From an uncultured Veillonellaceae bacterium (GTDB lineage: Bacteria > Bacillota > Negativicutes > JARBTT01), in contig CAWDTA010000002.1 in the NCBI GenBank assembly GCA_963805085.1, positions 1,888,001-1,952,000 on the forward strand: a DNA stretch of 64,000 bases, read 5' to 3'. The notes beneath the pieces were generated by a model. The model did no database searches. It was given only the letters and a program-made list of their open reading frames with translations, and had not been told where the DNA came from. Shown piece after piece: positions 1-7,921 of this stretch. Position 1 is the first letter of the stretch; the number at the start of each line of letters is the position of its first letter. A program made the position numbers and the translations under genes.

Positions 1-925
1 ATATTATAAAGGAGCAGATTTGAGCTGGCTACCTGCGATGGAATCAAAAAAATATACTTTTAAAAACTCAAGCGGCACAACACAAGACGAAATGACGACG
101 ATGAAAGAATTAGGAGTTAATGCAGTTAGATTGAGACTATGGGTTAATCCTTCAAGTGACGTCTACAGTGGTATGTGCAATGAAACTCAAGTAATTGGAA
201 TGGCAAAACGAGCAAAAGCTATAGGTGCTGATATCATGCTAGATCTACATTATAGCGATACATGGGCAGATCCAGGAGCCCAGACAATACCAGCTGCTTG
301 GTCAACTTGTACTACGATGTCTGCATTAGGGACGCAGGTGTACAATTATACTTATCAAGTGATGACTAATATGAAAAATGCCGGTGTAACGCCTACTTGG
401 GTACAAATAGGCAATGAGATTAATTCAGGTTTAATATGGCCTCTCGGAAATACTTCAAATGGTTTCGCCAATGTTGCATGGCTAATTAACTCTGGTTATA
501 ATGCTGTTAAAGCTGTAAGTAGCTCAACTAAATGCATCGTCCATTTAGCAAATGGCTATAATAATACTACTTTTAGATGGTTTTTTGATGGGCTGAAAGC
601 AGCTGGTGGCAATTGGGATATTATAGGGATGTCACTTTATCCGACGGCAAGTAATTATACTACCTATAACAGCCAATGCTTAACGAATATGAAGGACATG
701 CTATCTAGATATGATACAAATGTAGTGATTGCTGAAGCTGGGTTTGCCTATAATGATCCAACAACTGCTGCTAAATTTCTTGCACAGCTTAAAACTAATG
801 TTAAAGCTGTAGGAGGTGTCGGAATATTCTATTGGGAACCTGAATGTTATAATTGGAACAGTTATGGTATGGGCGCAACAGATCCCTCGACTAAAAAACC
901 AACAAGTGCTATGCCTGCATACTAA
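1..925 (+). CDS. GH53 endo-beta-1,4-galactanase (5' end lies outside the window)
   Basis: Frame is open back to base 2 (YYKGADLSWL, the GH53 N-terminal motif); VRLRLWVNP, DLHYSDTWADPG, VQIGNEI, GIFYWEP motifs. Confidence 0.9.
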   Translation, partial: YYKGADLSWLPAMESKKYTFKNSSGTTQDEMTTMKELGVNAVRLRLWVNPSSDVYSGMCNETQVIGMAKRAKAIGADIMLDLHYSDTWADPGAQTIPAAWSTCTTMSALGTQVYNYTYQVMTNMKNAGVTPTWVQIGNEINSGLIWPLGNTSNGFANVAWLINSGYNAVKAVSSSTKCIVHLANGYNNTTFRWFFDGLKAAGGNWDIIGMSLYPTASNYTTYNSQCLTNMKDMLSRYDTNVVIAEAGFAYNDPTTAAKFLAQLKTNVKAVGGVGIFYWEPECYNWNSYGMGATDPSTKKPTSAMPAY

Positions 926-1041
926 GAAGTTCAATCTAAACATAATGTAATTTCTTGTAATTTAATAAAACTATATGCTTCTATTATTCTGAGGGCGTTA
1001 TGCCTTATTAGATAAGGTATATGTAGGCATATTGAAGCCAT

Positions 1042-1080
1042 TAATCACTATGGAGTTACAGCTCTGTAGTGATTTTTTTC
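1042..1080 (+). terminator. Intrinsic terminator after GH53
   Basis: AATCACTA...TAGTGATT stem followed by T-run. Confidence 0.65.
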
Positions 1081-1136
1081 TTGTTAATGTTCATTATACA
1101 GGATGATTCAGATTAGGTGATCATTTTCTAGTTAAA

Positions 1137-1174
1137 CCCGTTTAAAAAAGAATATTAAATAAATGTATATAAGT
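1137..1174 (+). promoter_or_regulatory. Alternative-sigma promoter-like motif, copy 1
   Basis: CCCG-TTTAAA(1141-1146)-N17-TGTATA(1164-1169)TAAGT; one of four copies in 1-5.3 kb. Confidence 0.7.
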
Positions 1175-1261
1175 AAAATCTAATATATAGGGAAAAAAAT
1201 AATGAAAAAAATAGTTCCTTAGCTATATTGGTTTTTAGAAATTTAGAAGGGTTGTGTAAAA

Positions 1262-2263
1262 ATGTCTACTTATAATGTAACGACTTACTCAGATCTAAAA
1301 AGCAAGGTGGCAGCAGCAGGATCAGGAGATACAATTTATATTGGAGCTTCGATTACTTGTACTGCTCAAATCGTATTGAGTGGTAGTGGTATCACTCTAA
1401 CGGCAAAAAGCGGAGTAACCCCTGTTCTTGATTTTTCGGCTATATCCAGTATTAACTCAGGTTCAGCTGGTATTGGAATCTATGTAACAGGCAGTAATAA
1501 TACGATTAGTGGCCTTATCGTACAAAAAGCTGGTGATAATGGACTGAAAATTGAAGGTGCTAGTAATACGGTGCAAAACTGTATCTTCCGTTATAACGGA
1601 GATACAGGTCTACAGATATCCAAGTCTACAGCTAAAAAAAATACGATCAAGTATTGTGATTCCTATCGAAATTGTGATAAAGCAACGAGTGGTGGAAATG
1701 CGGACGGCTTTGCCTGTAAGTTGAGTGCTGGTGCAGGCAATTCATTTATTGGTTGCCGAGCTTTCCAAAATTCTGATGATGGTTGGGACAGTTATGATAT
1801 GAATAATGATGTTACATATACCGATTGTATTACTTGGCATAATGGAGACGCGAGTATAACTACTTATGCTGGTAATGGCAATGGTTTTAAACTTGGCTCT
1901 AAAGGTGCCACTGGAAAACGGACAATGACTCGCTGTATCGCGTGGGATACAAAATATAGCGGTAAAAAAGGATTTGATCAAAACAATGGGGTTGGAGTAG
2001 TAACATTAACCAACTGCCTGTCTTTTGACAATGTGATTGGCTATCAGCTGGATGATGCTACAAGTCTTACTATGACAAACTGTAGAGAGTTTAATTGCAC
2101 TTCCTCCGATTCTCTTCCTTCTGGTGTAACTGTTACGAAGATTACGGATACAGCTAAACAAGCTTCAATTCGTAGTGCAATTAAAACTGCGTGCAATAAA
2201 ATTTTATCCAATTGCGAAAATAATATCATTACTGGAGCAATCACTTTGAATATATGGAGCTAA
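1262..2263 (+). CDS. Polysaccharide lyase family 9 (pectate lyase PelL-like, beta-helix), no signal peptide
   Basis: GGNADGFACKL, NSDDGWD, GNGNGFKLG PL9 motifs. Confidence 0.85.
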   Translation: MSTYNVTTYSDLKSKVAAAGSGDTIYIGASITCTAQIVLSGSGITLTAKSGVTPVLDFSAISSINSGSAGIGIYVTGSNNTISGLIVQKAGDNGLKIEGASNTVQNCIFRYNGDTGLQISKSTAKKNTIKYCDSYRNCDKATSGGNADGFACKLSAGAGNSFIGCRAFQNSDDGWDSYDMNNDVTYTDCITWHNGDASITTYAGNGNGFKLGSKGATGKRTMTRCIAWDTKYSGKKGFDQNNGVGVVTLTNCLSFDNVIGYQLDDATSLTMTNCREFNCTSSDSLPSGVTVTKITDTAKQASIRSAIKTACNKILSNCENNIITGAITLNIWS

Positions 2264-2332
2264 TAGCTAAAAATAGTTATTACAGGCGTTGCAAAAAGTT
2301 TTGGAAAAATAATTAGAAAATACTATGAGTTT

Positions 2333-2358
2333 GCCCCTAGCTTAGGCTAGGGGTTTTT
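2333..2358 (+). terminator. Intrinsic terminator
   Basis: GCCCCTAGC-TTAG-GCTAGGGGT stem plus T-run. Confidence 0.8.
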
Positions 2359-2595
2359 AATTTTTATCAGGTTAATTTCAAACTTGAAAGCGTGTATGAA
2401 AAATAATGTATGTAAAAATTGCAATGAAAAATATGATACGGTATATATTTTGTCACAACAGAGATCTTTAAATAATCGGAAAGTAAAGGGGCGATTGTAT
2501 AGTTAAGATACGTTATGAAATATAGAAAAATTCACCTATATTAATCGTTAATTTACTTTTTTTAGTAGTAAAATTACCATTTTAGACAAGACATA

Positions 2596-2624
2596 TTGAA
2601 ATAATAGAAAATTGTAATTATAAT
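2596..2624 (+). promoter_or_regulatory. SigmaA-type promoter upstream of the sigma-factor unit
   Basis: TTGAAA-N17-TATAAT; AT-rich context lowers specificity. Confidence 0.45.
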
Positions 2625-2759
2625 TAAATATAACTGGTAAAAATGTAAAAATATTCAATCAAATAAGACGTAAAATATGAAATTATCAAATAATTTTTAT
2701 ATTTGTACATTTTGAGAACAAATTGCATGGGGGTAATGAAAAAAAAGTAAAAGTAAAAT

Positions 2760-2791
2760 TAGCTGCTTAATTTAGAGCGGCTTTTTGTTTT
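2760..2791 (+). terminator. Terminator-like hairpin between the sigmaA promoter and motif copy 2
   Basis: AGCTGCTT-AATTT-AGAGCGGCT stem followed by TTTTGTTTT. Confidence 0.55.
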
Positions 2792-2863
2792 CTTTAGTAG
2801 CTGATGGCGAAATTAAGTTAGAGATAACGTCGAAAAAAATTTTTTTATATAATTGTGGGTTGA

Positions 2864-2901
2864 CCCGTTTAAAAAAGCATCTTTAAAAAATGTATATAAG
2901 T
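2864..2901 (+). promoter_or_regulatory. Alternative-sigma promoter-like motif, copy 2 (upstream of the sigma gene)
   Basis: CCCG-TTTAAA(2868-2873)-N17-TGTATA(2891-2896)TAAGT. Confidence 0.7.
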
Positions 2902-2986
2902 AGAAGCCAATATTTAACAGAATAAATTAAAAGTATTTTGTTATAGCGGCTTTACAAAAACATTAAAAATTTGGGAGGCGATTTAA

Positions 2987-3187
2987 ATGGTATACAATCA
3001 AGATTTATCTAGAAATAGTGGGGTGAATGGTAGAAAAGACTTGATCGTATCACAAGAAAACCAACTTATTTTTGTTAATAGTAAGAATATTTCTAAAAAT
3101 GTCAAATTTACGTGCGTTATTAAGAAAGCGTTTACTAATAGTATAAAAAATAATAGAAATGCAGAAAAATCATGGGTACAGTGTTAG
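2987..3187 (+). CDS. 66-aa ORF, possibly the frameshifted N-terminus of the sigma factor
   Basis: Strong SD (GGGAGG); starts MVYNQDLS like the GH51 (MSYNQDLS); overlaps the sigma ORF in another frame. Confidence 0.5.
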   Translation: MVYNQDLSRNSGVNGRKDLIVSQENQLIFVNSKNISKNVKFTCVIKKAFTNSIKNNRNAEKSWVQC

Positions 3188-3678
3188 ATTTTGAACCACT
3201 AGTGCGTAAATACACTTGGAATAAATCAGAGGATGTAAGGGCGGAAGCCTGGTTAGCAGTAGTGGAGGCAACAAAATTATATGATTCTACGAAGGGAGTA
3301 CCATTTGCTGGTTATGTAAAAAGCAAAGTCAAATATTCAGTTTGGAATATGGTTAGGAAGCAGCAAAGGAAATGCCAGTATGAAGTGGCTATTGAGGGGG
3401 ATGGTGATAATGAAGAAAATAGTCTACTTGATACATTACAAAGCAGCACAAATGTTTCAGATGAGGTTGAGAAGAAGTTTTTGACTGAAGAATTACAAGC
3501 AGCTATTAATATGCTGCCAGAACGTCAGCGGATTGCTGTACTTAAAACTGTAGCTTGGAACTTTAGTCAAACAGAAACTGCAGCAGCATTGGGGGTAACG
3601 CCACAAGCAATATTTAATTTGCGCAATCGTGGGTTGGCCCGTTTAAAAAAAACGGCCTGTATGAATGTATATAATTAA
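3172..3678 (+). CDS. Short sigma-70-family RNA polymerase sigma factor (regions 2 and 4 only)
   Basis: Region 2 FEPLVRKY...AWLAVVEATKLYDSTKGVPFAGYV; region 4 LPERQR...SQTETAAALGVTPQAIFNLRNRGLARLKK. Confidence 0.85.
   Translation: MGTVLDFEPLVRKYTWNKSEDVRAEAWLAVVEATKLYDSTKGVPFAGYVKSKVKYSVWNMVRKQQRKCQYEVAIEGDGDNEENSLLDTLQSSTNVSDEVEKKFLTEELQAAINMLPERQRIAVLKTVAWNFSQTETAAALGVTPQAIFNLRNRGLARLKKTACMNVYN
3638..3674 (+). promoter_or_regulatory. Alternative-sigma promoter-like motif, copy 3 (inside the sigma gene 3' end)
   Basis: CCCG-TTTAAA(3642-3647)-N18-TGTATA(3666-3671)TAA. Confidence 0.65.
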
Positions 3679-3824
3679 AGCCAATATACATAGAAAAATT
3701 TAATGAAAAGGTTCTGGACTATTGAAAGCAATAAGAAAGGTGTATGTTGATGGGGAAACGATAAAGAGTTTCATATATATTAAAGTTTCTTTTTTTAATT
3801 AATAAAGTAATAGGAGTGTTGATT

Positions 3825-5009
3825 ATGAGTGATTTATACGTATCTAATTCAGGAAGTGCCAGTAATGCAGGTACTGTGAGTAGCCCGCTTACTCTTGTTG
3901 CGGCAATTACAAAGGTTGCTGCAGGCGGGACAATTTACATGATGTCAGGAACATATAGTTATGCTACTCAAATAACGATTGAGCGTGGCAATAATGGAAC
4001 TTCAGGTAGTTACAAAAGCATTAAGCCATACAACTCTGGAACCGTAATCTTAGACTTTTCTTCCCAGACGTATGGAGATCCTTCGAGTGTAAGTAATCCT
4101 AGAGGACTGCAGATCAACGGCAATTACTGGCATATAAAAGGACTTGCTGTAAAAGGCGCTGCTGACAATGGTATTTTTATCGGAGGGAGCTATAACAAAA
4201 TAGAACTTTGTGAAACTTATGCGAATAGAGACTCAGGCTTGCAGTTAGGAAGATATATCTCCACCGCCGCAGAAAGTGAATGGCCAGCATATAACGAAAT
4301 CCTGAATTGTACTTCTCATGATAATTCTGACCCTGATAATGGCGAGGATGCGGATGGTTTTGCTTGCAAGCTGACTACAGGTGAAGGCAACGTATTTAGC
4401 GGTTGCATTTCCTATAATAATGTTGATGACGGTTGGGATCTATATACAAAATCTGCCACTGGTGCTATTGGCGTTGTAACTATAAAAGACTGTGTAGCCT
4501 ATAATAACGGTGTAACTTCTAGTGGGACAAGTACGGCAAACAGTGATGGTAATGGATTTAAATTAGGTGGTGACAAAGTAGCTGTTAACCATATAGTGAA
4601 AAATTGTATAGCCTTCAATAACAAAAAGCATGGATTTACCTATAATAGTAACCCAGGCTCTATCACGTTAACAAATTGTACAAGCTATAACAACGGAACT
4701 ACATCAGGAAGCAATTTTTCTTTTGATAAAGGTATGCATGTATTTACTAATTTATTATCTTATAAAGCTAGTTCAAGTGATAAGACAAGCGGTACTGATG
4801 TAAATAGTTCAAATGTATGGTGGAAAAATTCAAAAACTACAAATGCAAATGGGTTAGCTTGTAATGATGCAGACTTTGTTAGCCTTACTCCAGCCGTAAC
4901 TAGAAATACGGATGGTTCCATTAATTTAGGAAACTTTTTAAAACTTGCTGCTGGTAGTGACCTGATTGGTGCAGGCACTCCAAGTGGCACTAATATTGGA
5001 GCTAGATAG
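3825..5009 (+). CDS. Polysaccharide lyase family 9 (pectate/rhamnogalacturonan lyase), no signal peptide
   Basis: GEDADGFACKL, NVDDGWDLY, DGNGFKLGG motifs; ATG at 3825 follows AGGAG. Confidence 0.88.
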   Translation: MSDLYVSNSGSASNAGTVSSPLTLVAAITKVAAGGTIYMMSGTYSYATQITIERGNNGTSGSYKSIKPYNSGTVILDFSSQTYGDPSSVSNPRGLQINGNYWHIKGLAVKGAADNGIFIGGSYNKIELCETYANRDSGLQLGRYISTAAESEWPAYNEILNCTSHDNSDPDNGEDADGFACKLTTGEGNVFSGCISYNNVDDGWDLYTKSATGAIGVVTIKDCVAYNNGVTSSGTSTANSDGNGFKLGGDKVAVNHIVKNCIAFNNKKHGFTYNSNPGSITLTNCTSYNNGTTSGSNFSFDKGMHVFTNLLSYKASSSDKTSGTDVNSSNVWWKNSKTTNANGLACNDADFVSLTPAVTRNTDGSINLGNFLKLAAGSDLIGAGTPSGTNIGAR

Positions 5010-5055
5010 ATTTATATAATTTGGATGGTATGTCAAATTCGATTTTTCTCAACAT

Positions 5056-5088
5056 ACCCGGTATCTTAGGACGCCGGGTTTTATTTTA
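5056..5088 (+). terminator. Intrinsic terminator
   Basis: ACCCGGT...GCCGGGT stem plus T-run. Confidence 0.7.
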
Positions 5089-5139
5089 TATCTAGTTTAA
5101 TGACCAATTCGGGACAATACTTCGAATTTTTTATTTTTA

Positions 5140-5177
5140 CCCGTTTAAAAAAATTTTTTAAATCAATGTATATAAGT
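5140..5177 (+). promoter_or_regulatory. Alternative-sigma promoter-like motif, copy 4
   Basis: CCCG-TTTAAA(5144-5149)-N17-TGTATA(5167-5172)TAAGT. Confidence 0.7.
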
Positions 5178-5266
5178 ATAAGCCAATATACAAGGAAAAA
5201 ACACAATTTGATAAGAGTTCCTTAGCTATATTGGCTTTTATTAGGAATTTCTGGAGGCGATTTTAA

Positions 5267-7777
5267 ATGTCTTACAATCAAGATTTATCTGCAGATAAGA
5301 CAGATATTAATAATTGTAAAAACGGGGTTGCTTTGGAACTGGAAGTAAATACAGATCAGATAGGTATAAACATTAGTCCTGATCTTTATGGAATATTTTT
5401 TGAAGATATAAATCATGCTGCAGATGGTGGCTTATATGCAGAATTAATTCAAAATCGCTCTTTTGAGGATGATTCAACAACACCTAAACATTGGTCATTA
5501 GTAAAGACAGGAACAGCTGAAGGTACAATGACTCTTGATGATACTGTTCTTTTAAACAGCGTTCAGTCGAGATCGTTACGTCTTGATGTAACAACGGCAG
5601 ACCCAGCTGGAAGCATTGGTATAGCAAACGAAGGTTATTGGGGGATAAGCGTAAAAAAAGGAATACAATATAATTTATCATTCTTTGCTAAAGCTAGCAG
5701 TGATTTTTCAGGAGATATAACAGCTAGTCTCCAAAGCGCTGCTGGACAAACTGTTTATGGACAGATAGTACTATCAAGTATAGCTACAGAGTGGGAAAAG
5801 TATATTGTGACAATTACTTCAAACGGAACTGACCAAAATGCAGTATTTGTATTATCAATAAATACAGTAGGCTCAGTATGGTTTGATGTGGTCTCGCTGT
5901 TTCCGCCGACGTTTAATAATAGACCTAATGGACTAAGAGAAGATCTAGTAAACATGATAAAAGAGATGAAGCCTAGGTTTATGAGATTTCCAGGAGGATG
6001 CTTTGTTGAAGGAGCGGCTATGGCAACTGCGTTCAGGTGGAAAACTACGATTGGAAAGATAGAAGAAAGAGCAGGACATCAAAATCTTTGGGGTTACCAT
6101 ACAACTGATGGTATGGGATATCATGAATTCCTGCAACTTTCTGAAGACCTTGGTGCAGAACCATTGTATGTTATCAATATTGGGATAGCCCACAAAGATA
6201 ACATCCCGCTGGAGGAACTTGATTCTTGGGTACAAGAGGCTCTTGATGCTATAGAGTATGCAAATGGGGATATTACAACAACATATGGTGCGATGAGAGC
6301 AGCCAATGGTCATTATGAATCTTTTAATTTAAAATATATTGAAATCGGTAATGAAAATAATCAACATAGCACCACGGATAACAGAAGTAATCTTTATGGT
6401 GACAGATATATCAAGTTTTATAATGCGATAAAGAATAAGTATCCCGAAATATATACGATAGGCAATGTTGAAGCATGGGGGACAGATACACCTTCATGGC
6501 AATATTCACATCCAGTGGAATTGGTTGACGAGCACTATTATAGAGGGACACAATGGTTTATCAATAAGGCTAATAAGTATGACAGTTATGATAGAAACAG
6601 TCATAATATTTATGTAGGAGAATATGCGGTTACTACGACTCTTGACTGTGGAAAAGGAAATTTAAATGCAGCTATAGGGGAAGCCGCTTTCATGACAGGA
6701 CTTGAAAAAAATTCTGATATTGTAAAAATGGCTTCTTATGCACCATTATTGGTTAATACAAATGATCGAGCGTGGAATCCGGATGCAATTGTTTACAATG
6801 CTTACGATGTGTATGGAACACCATCTTATTATGTACAAAAAATGTTTGCCAACAACCTAGGTAGTTTTATTTTACCTACAACGTTAAAATTTTTGAATAG
6901 TACTACGGATACTACTTCTACTTCGGCTAGGCAGATTGTGGGACAAGTAGGAATTGGCAGCTGGGATACAGCAGTGAGTTATAATAATGTTTCAGTTACG
7001 AAAAATAGTGATAGCAGTATTTTCCTAACGAATGATTTTTCAGAAGATGCACCTAACTGGAAGGTGATAAGTGGTACTTGGAGTCTAACGTATAATCAAA
7101 CCAATACTACTGTAGAGCCTGGAATGATAGTTGCTGGAAGTAGTGATTGGAATAATTACACACTGGAGCTAACAGCGAAGAAGATGAGTGGCAGCGAAGG
7201 AATGATGATTTACTTTGGATTTTTAGATGGTGATAATTCTTATGATTTAAATCTTGGCGGGTGGAAAAATACTCTGCATGCTATACAAAAAAATGATAAT
7301 GGAAGCACATCATTACTTGCTAGTCAAGCCGGATCGATTAAAGCAGGTCAAAGTTATAAAATTAAGGTAGTCGTTTCTGGAACAAATATTAAGGCTTATT
7401 TGGATGACCAATTATTATTTGATGTAACTGATTCATCGCCATTAAAACCAGCTACTCGTGATCCATTATATTTTGTCACAAGTAAGGATACTGAGTCAGG
7501 AGATATTATCATGAAAGTAGTAAATCCTAACGACAAAGATGGTAAGGCTGTGATAAGAATTAACGGAAAAGATAAAATTTTAGGCGGGACAGCAAGCGTG
7601 CTCACTTCAAATAATATTGCCGATGAAAATTCATTTGCAAACCCATTAAAAGTAGTTCCTGTTGACAGTCAATTTGTAAGTTGTGGTGAATCAAACCAAT
7701 TTAACTATATATTTTCTAAGAATTCGATAACTGTATTAAGATTAGAAACGCATGGAAATCATATAATAATTAAATAA
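5267..7777 (+). CDS. GH51 alpha-L-arabinofuranosidase with accessory beta-sandwich domains, no signal peptide
   Basis: GIFFEDINHAADGGLYAELIQNRSFE, RFPGGC, EIGNEN, VDEHYY, YVGEYA, MASYAPL. Confidence 0.92.
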   Translation: MSYNQDLSADKTDINNCKNGVALELEVNTDQIGINISPDLYGIFFEDINHAADGGLYAELIQNRSFEDDSTTPKHWSLVKTGTAEGTMTLDDTVLLNSVQSRSLRLDVTTADPAGSIGIANEGYWGISVKKGIQYNLSFFAKASSDFSGDITASLQSAAGQTVYGQIVLSSIATEWEKYIVTITSNGTDQNAVFVLSINTVGSVWFDVVSLFPPTFNNRPNGLREDLVNMIKEMKPRFMRFPGGCFVEGAAMATAFRWKTTIGKIEERAGHQNLWGYHTTDGMGYHEFLQLSEDLGAEPLYVINIGIAHKDNIPLEELDSWVQEALDAIEYANGDITTTYGAMRAANGHYESFNLKYIEIGNENNQHSTTDNRSNLYGDRYIKFYNAIKNKYPEIYTIGNVEAWGTDTPSWQYSHPVELVDEHYYRGTQWFINKANKYDSYDRNSHNIYVGEYAVTTTLDCGKGNLNAAIGEAAFMTGLEKNSDIVKMASYAPLLVNTNDRAWNPDAIVYNAYDVYGTPSYYVQKMFANNLGSFILPTTLKFLNSTTDTTSTSARQIVGQVGIGSWDTAVSYNNVSVTKNSDSSIFLTNDFSEDAPNWKVISGTWSLTYNQTNTTVEPGMIVAGSSDWNNYTLELTAKKMSGSEGMMIYFGFLDGDNSYDLNLGGWKNTLHAIQKNDNGSTSLLASQAGSIKAGQSYKIKVVVSGTNIKAYLDDQLLFDVTDSSPLKPATRDPLYFVTSKDTESGDIIMKVVNPNDKDGKAVIRINGKDKILGGTASVLTSNNIADENSFANPLKVVPVDSQFVSCGESNQFNYIFSKNSITVLRLETHGNHIIIK

Positions 7778-7800
7778 TTGGTAGTCTTTAGTTTTAACAA

Positions 7801-7849
7801 TAAAAAGTGGTATAAATTAGCTAGAAATAGCTGTTTATACCACTTTTTA
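7801..7849. terminator. Bidirectional terminator between convergent genes
   Basis: TAAAAAGTGGTATAAA...TTTATACCACTTTTTA inverted repeat. Confidence 0.8.
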
Positions 7850-7921
7850 GTTGCATTTATAGCATTTTATTTTTTATATTTCAGTTATTATTATAAAAGA
7901 ATGTTTCACTCTTTTTGGCGT

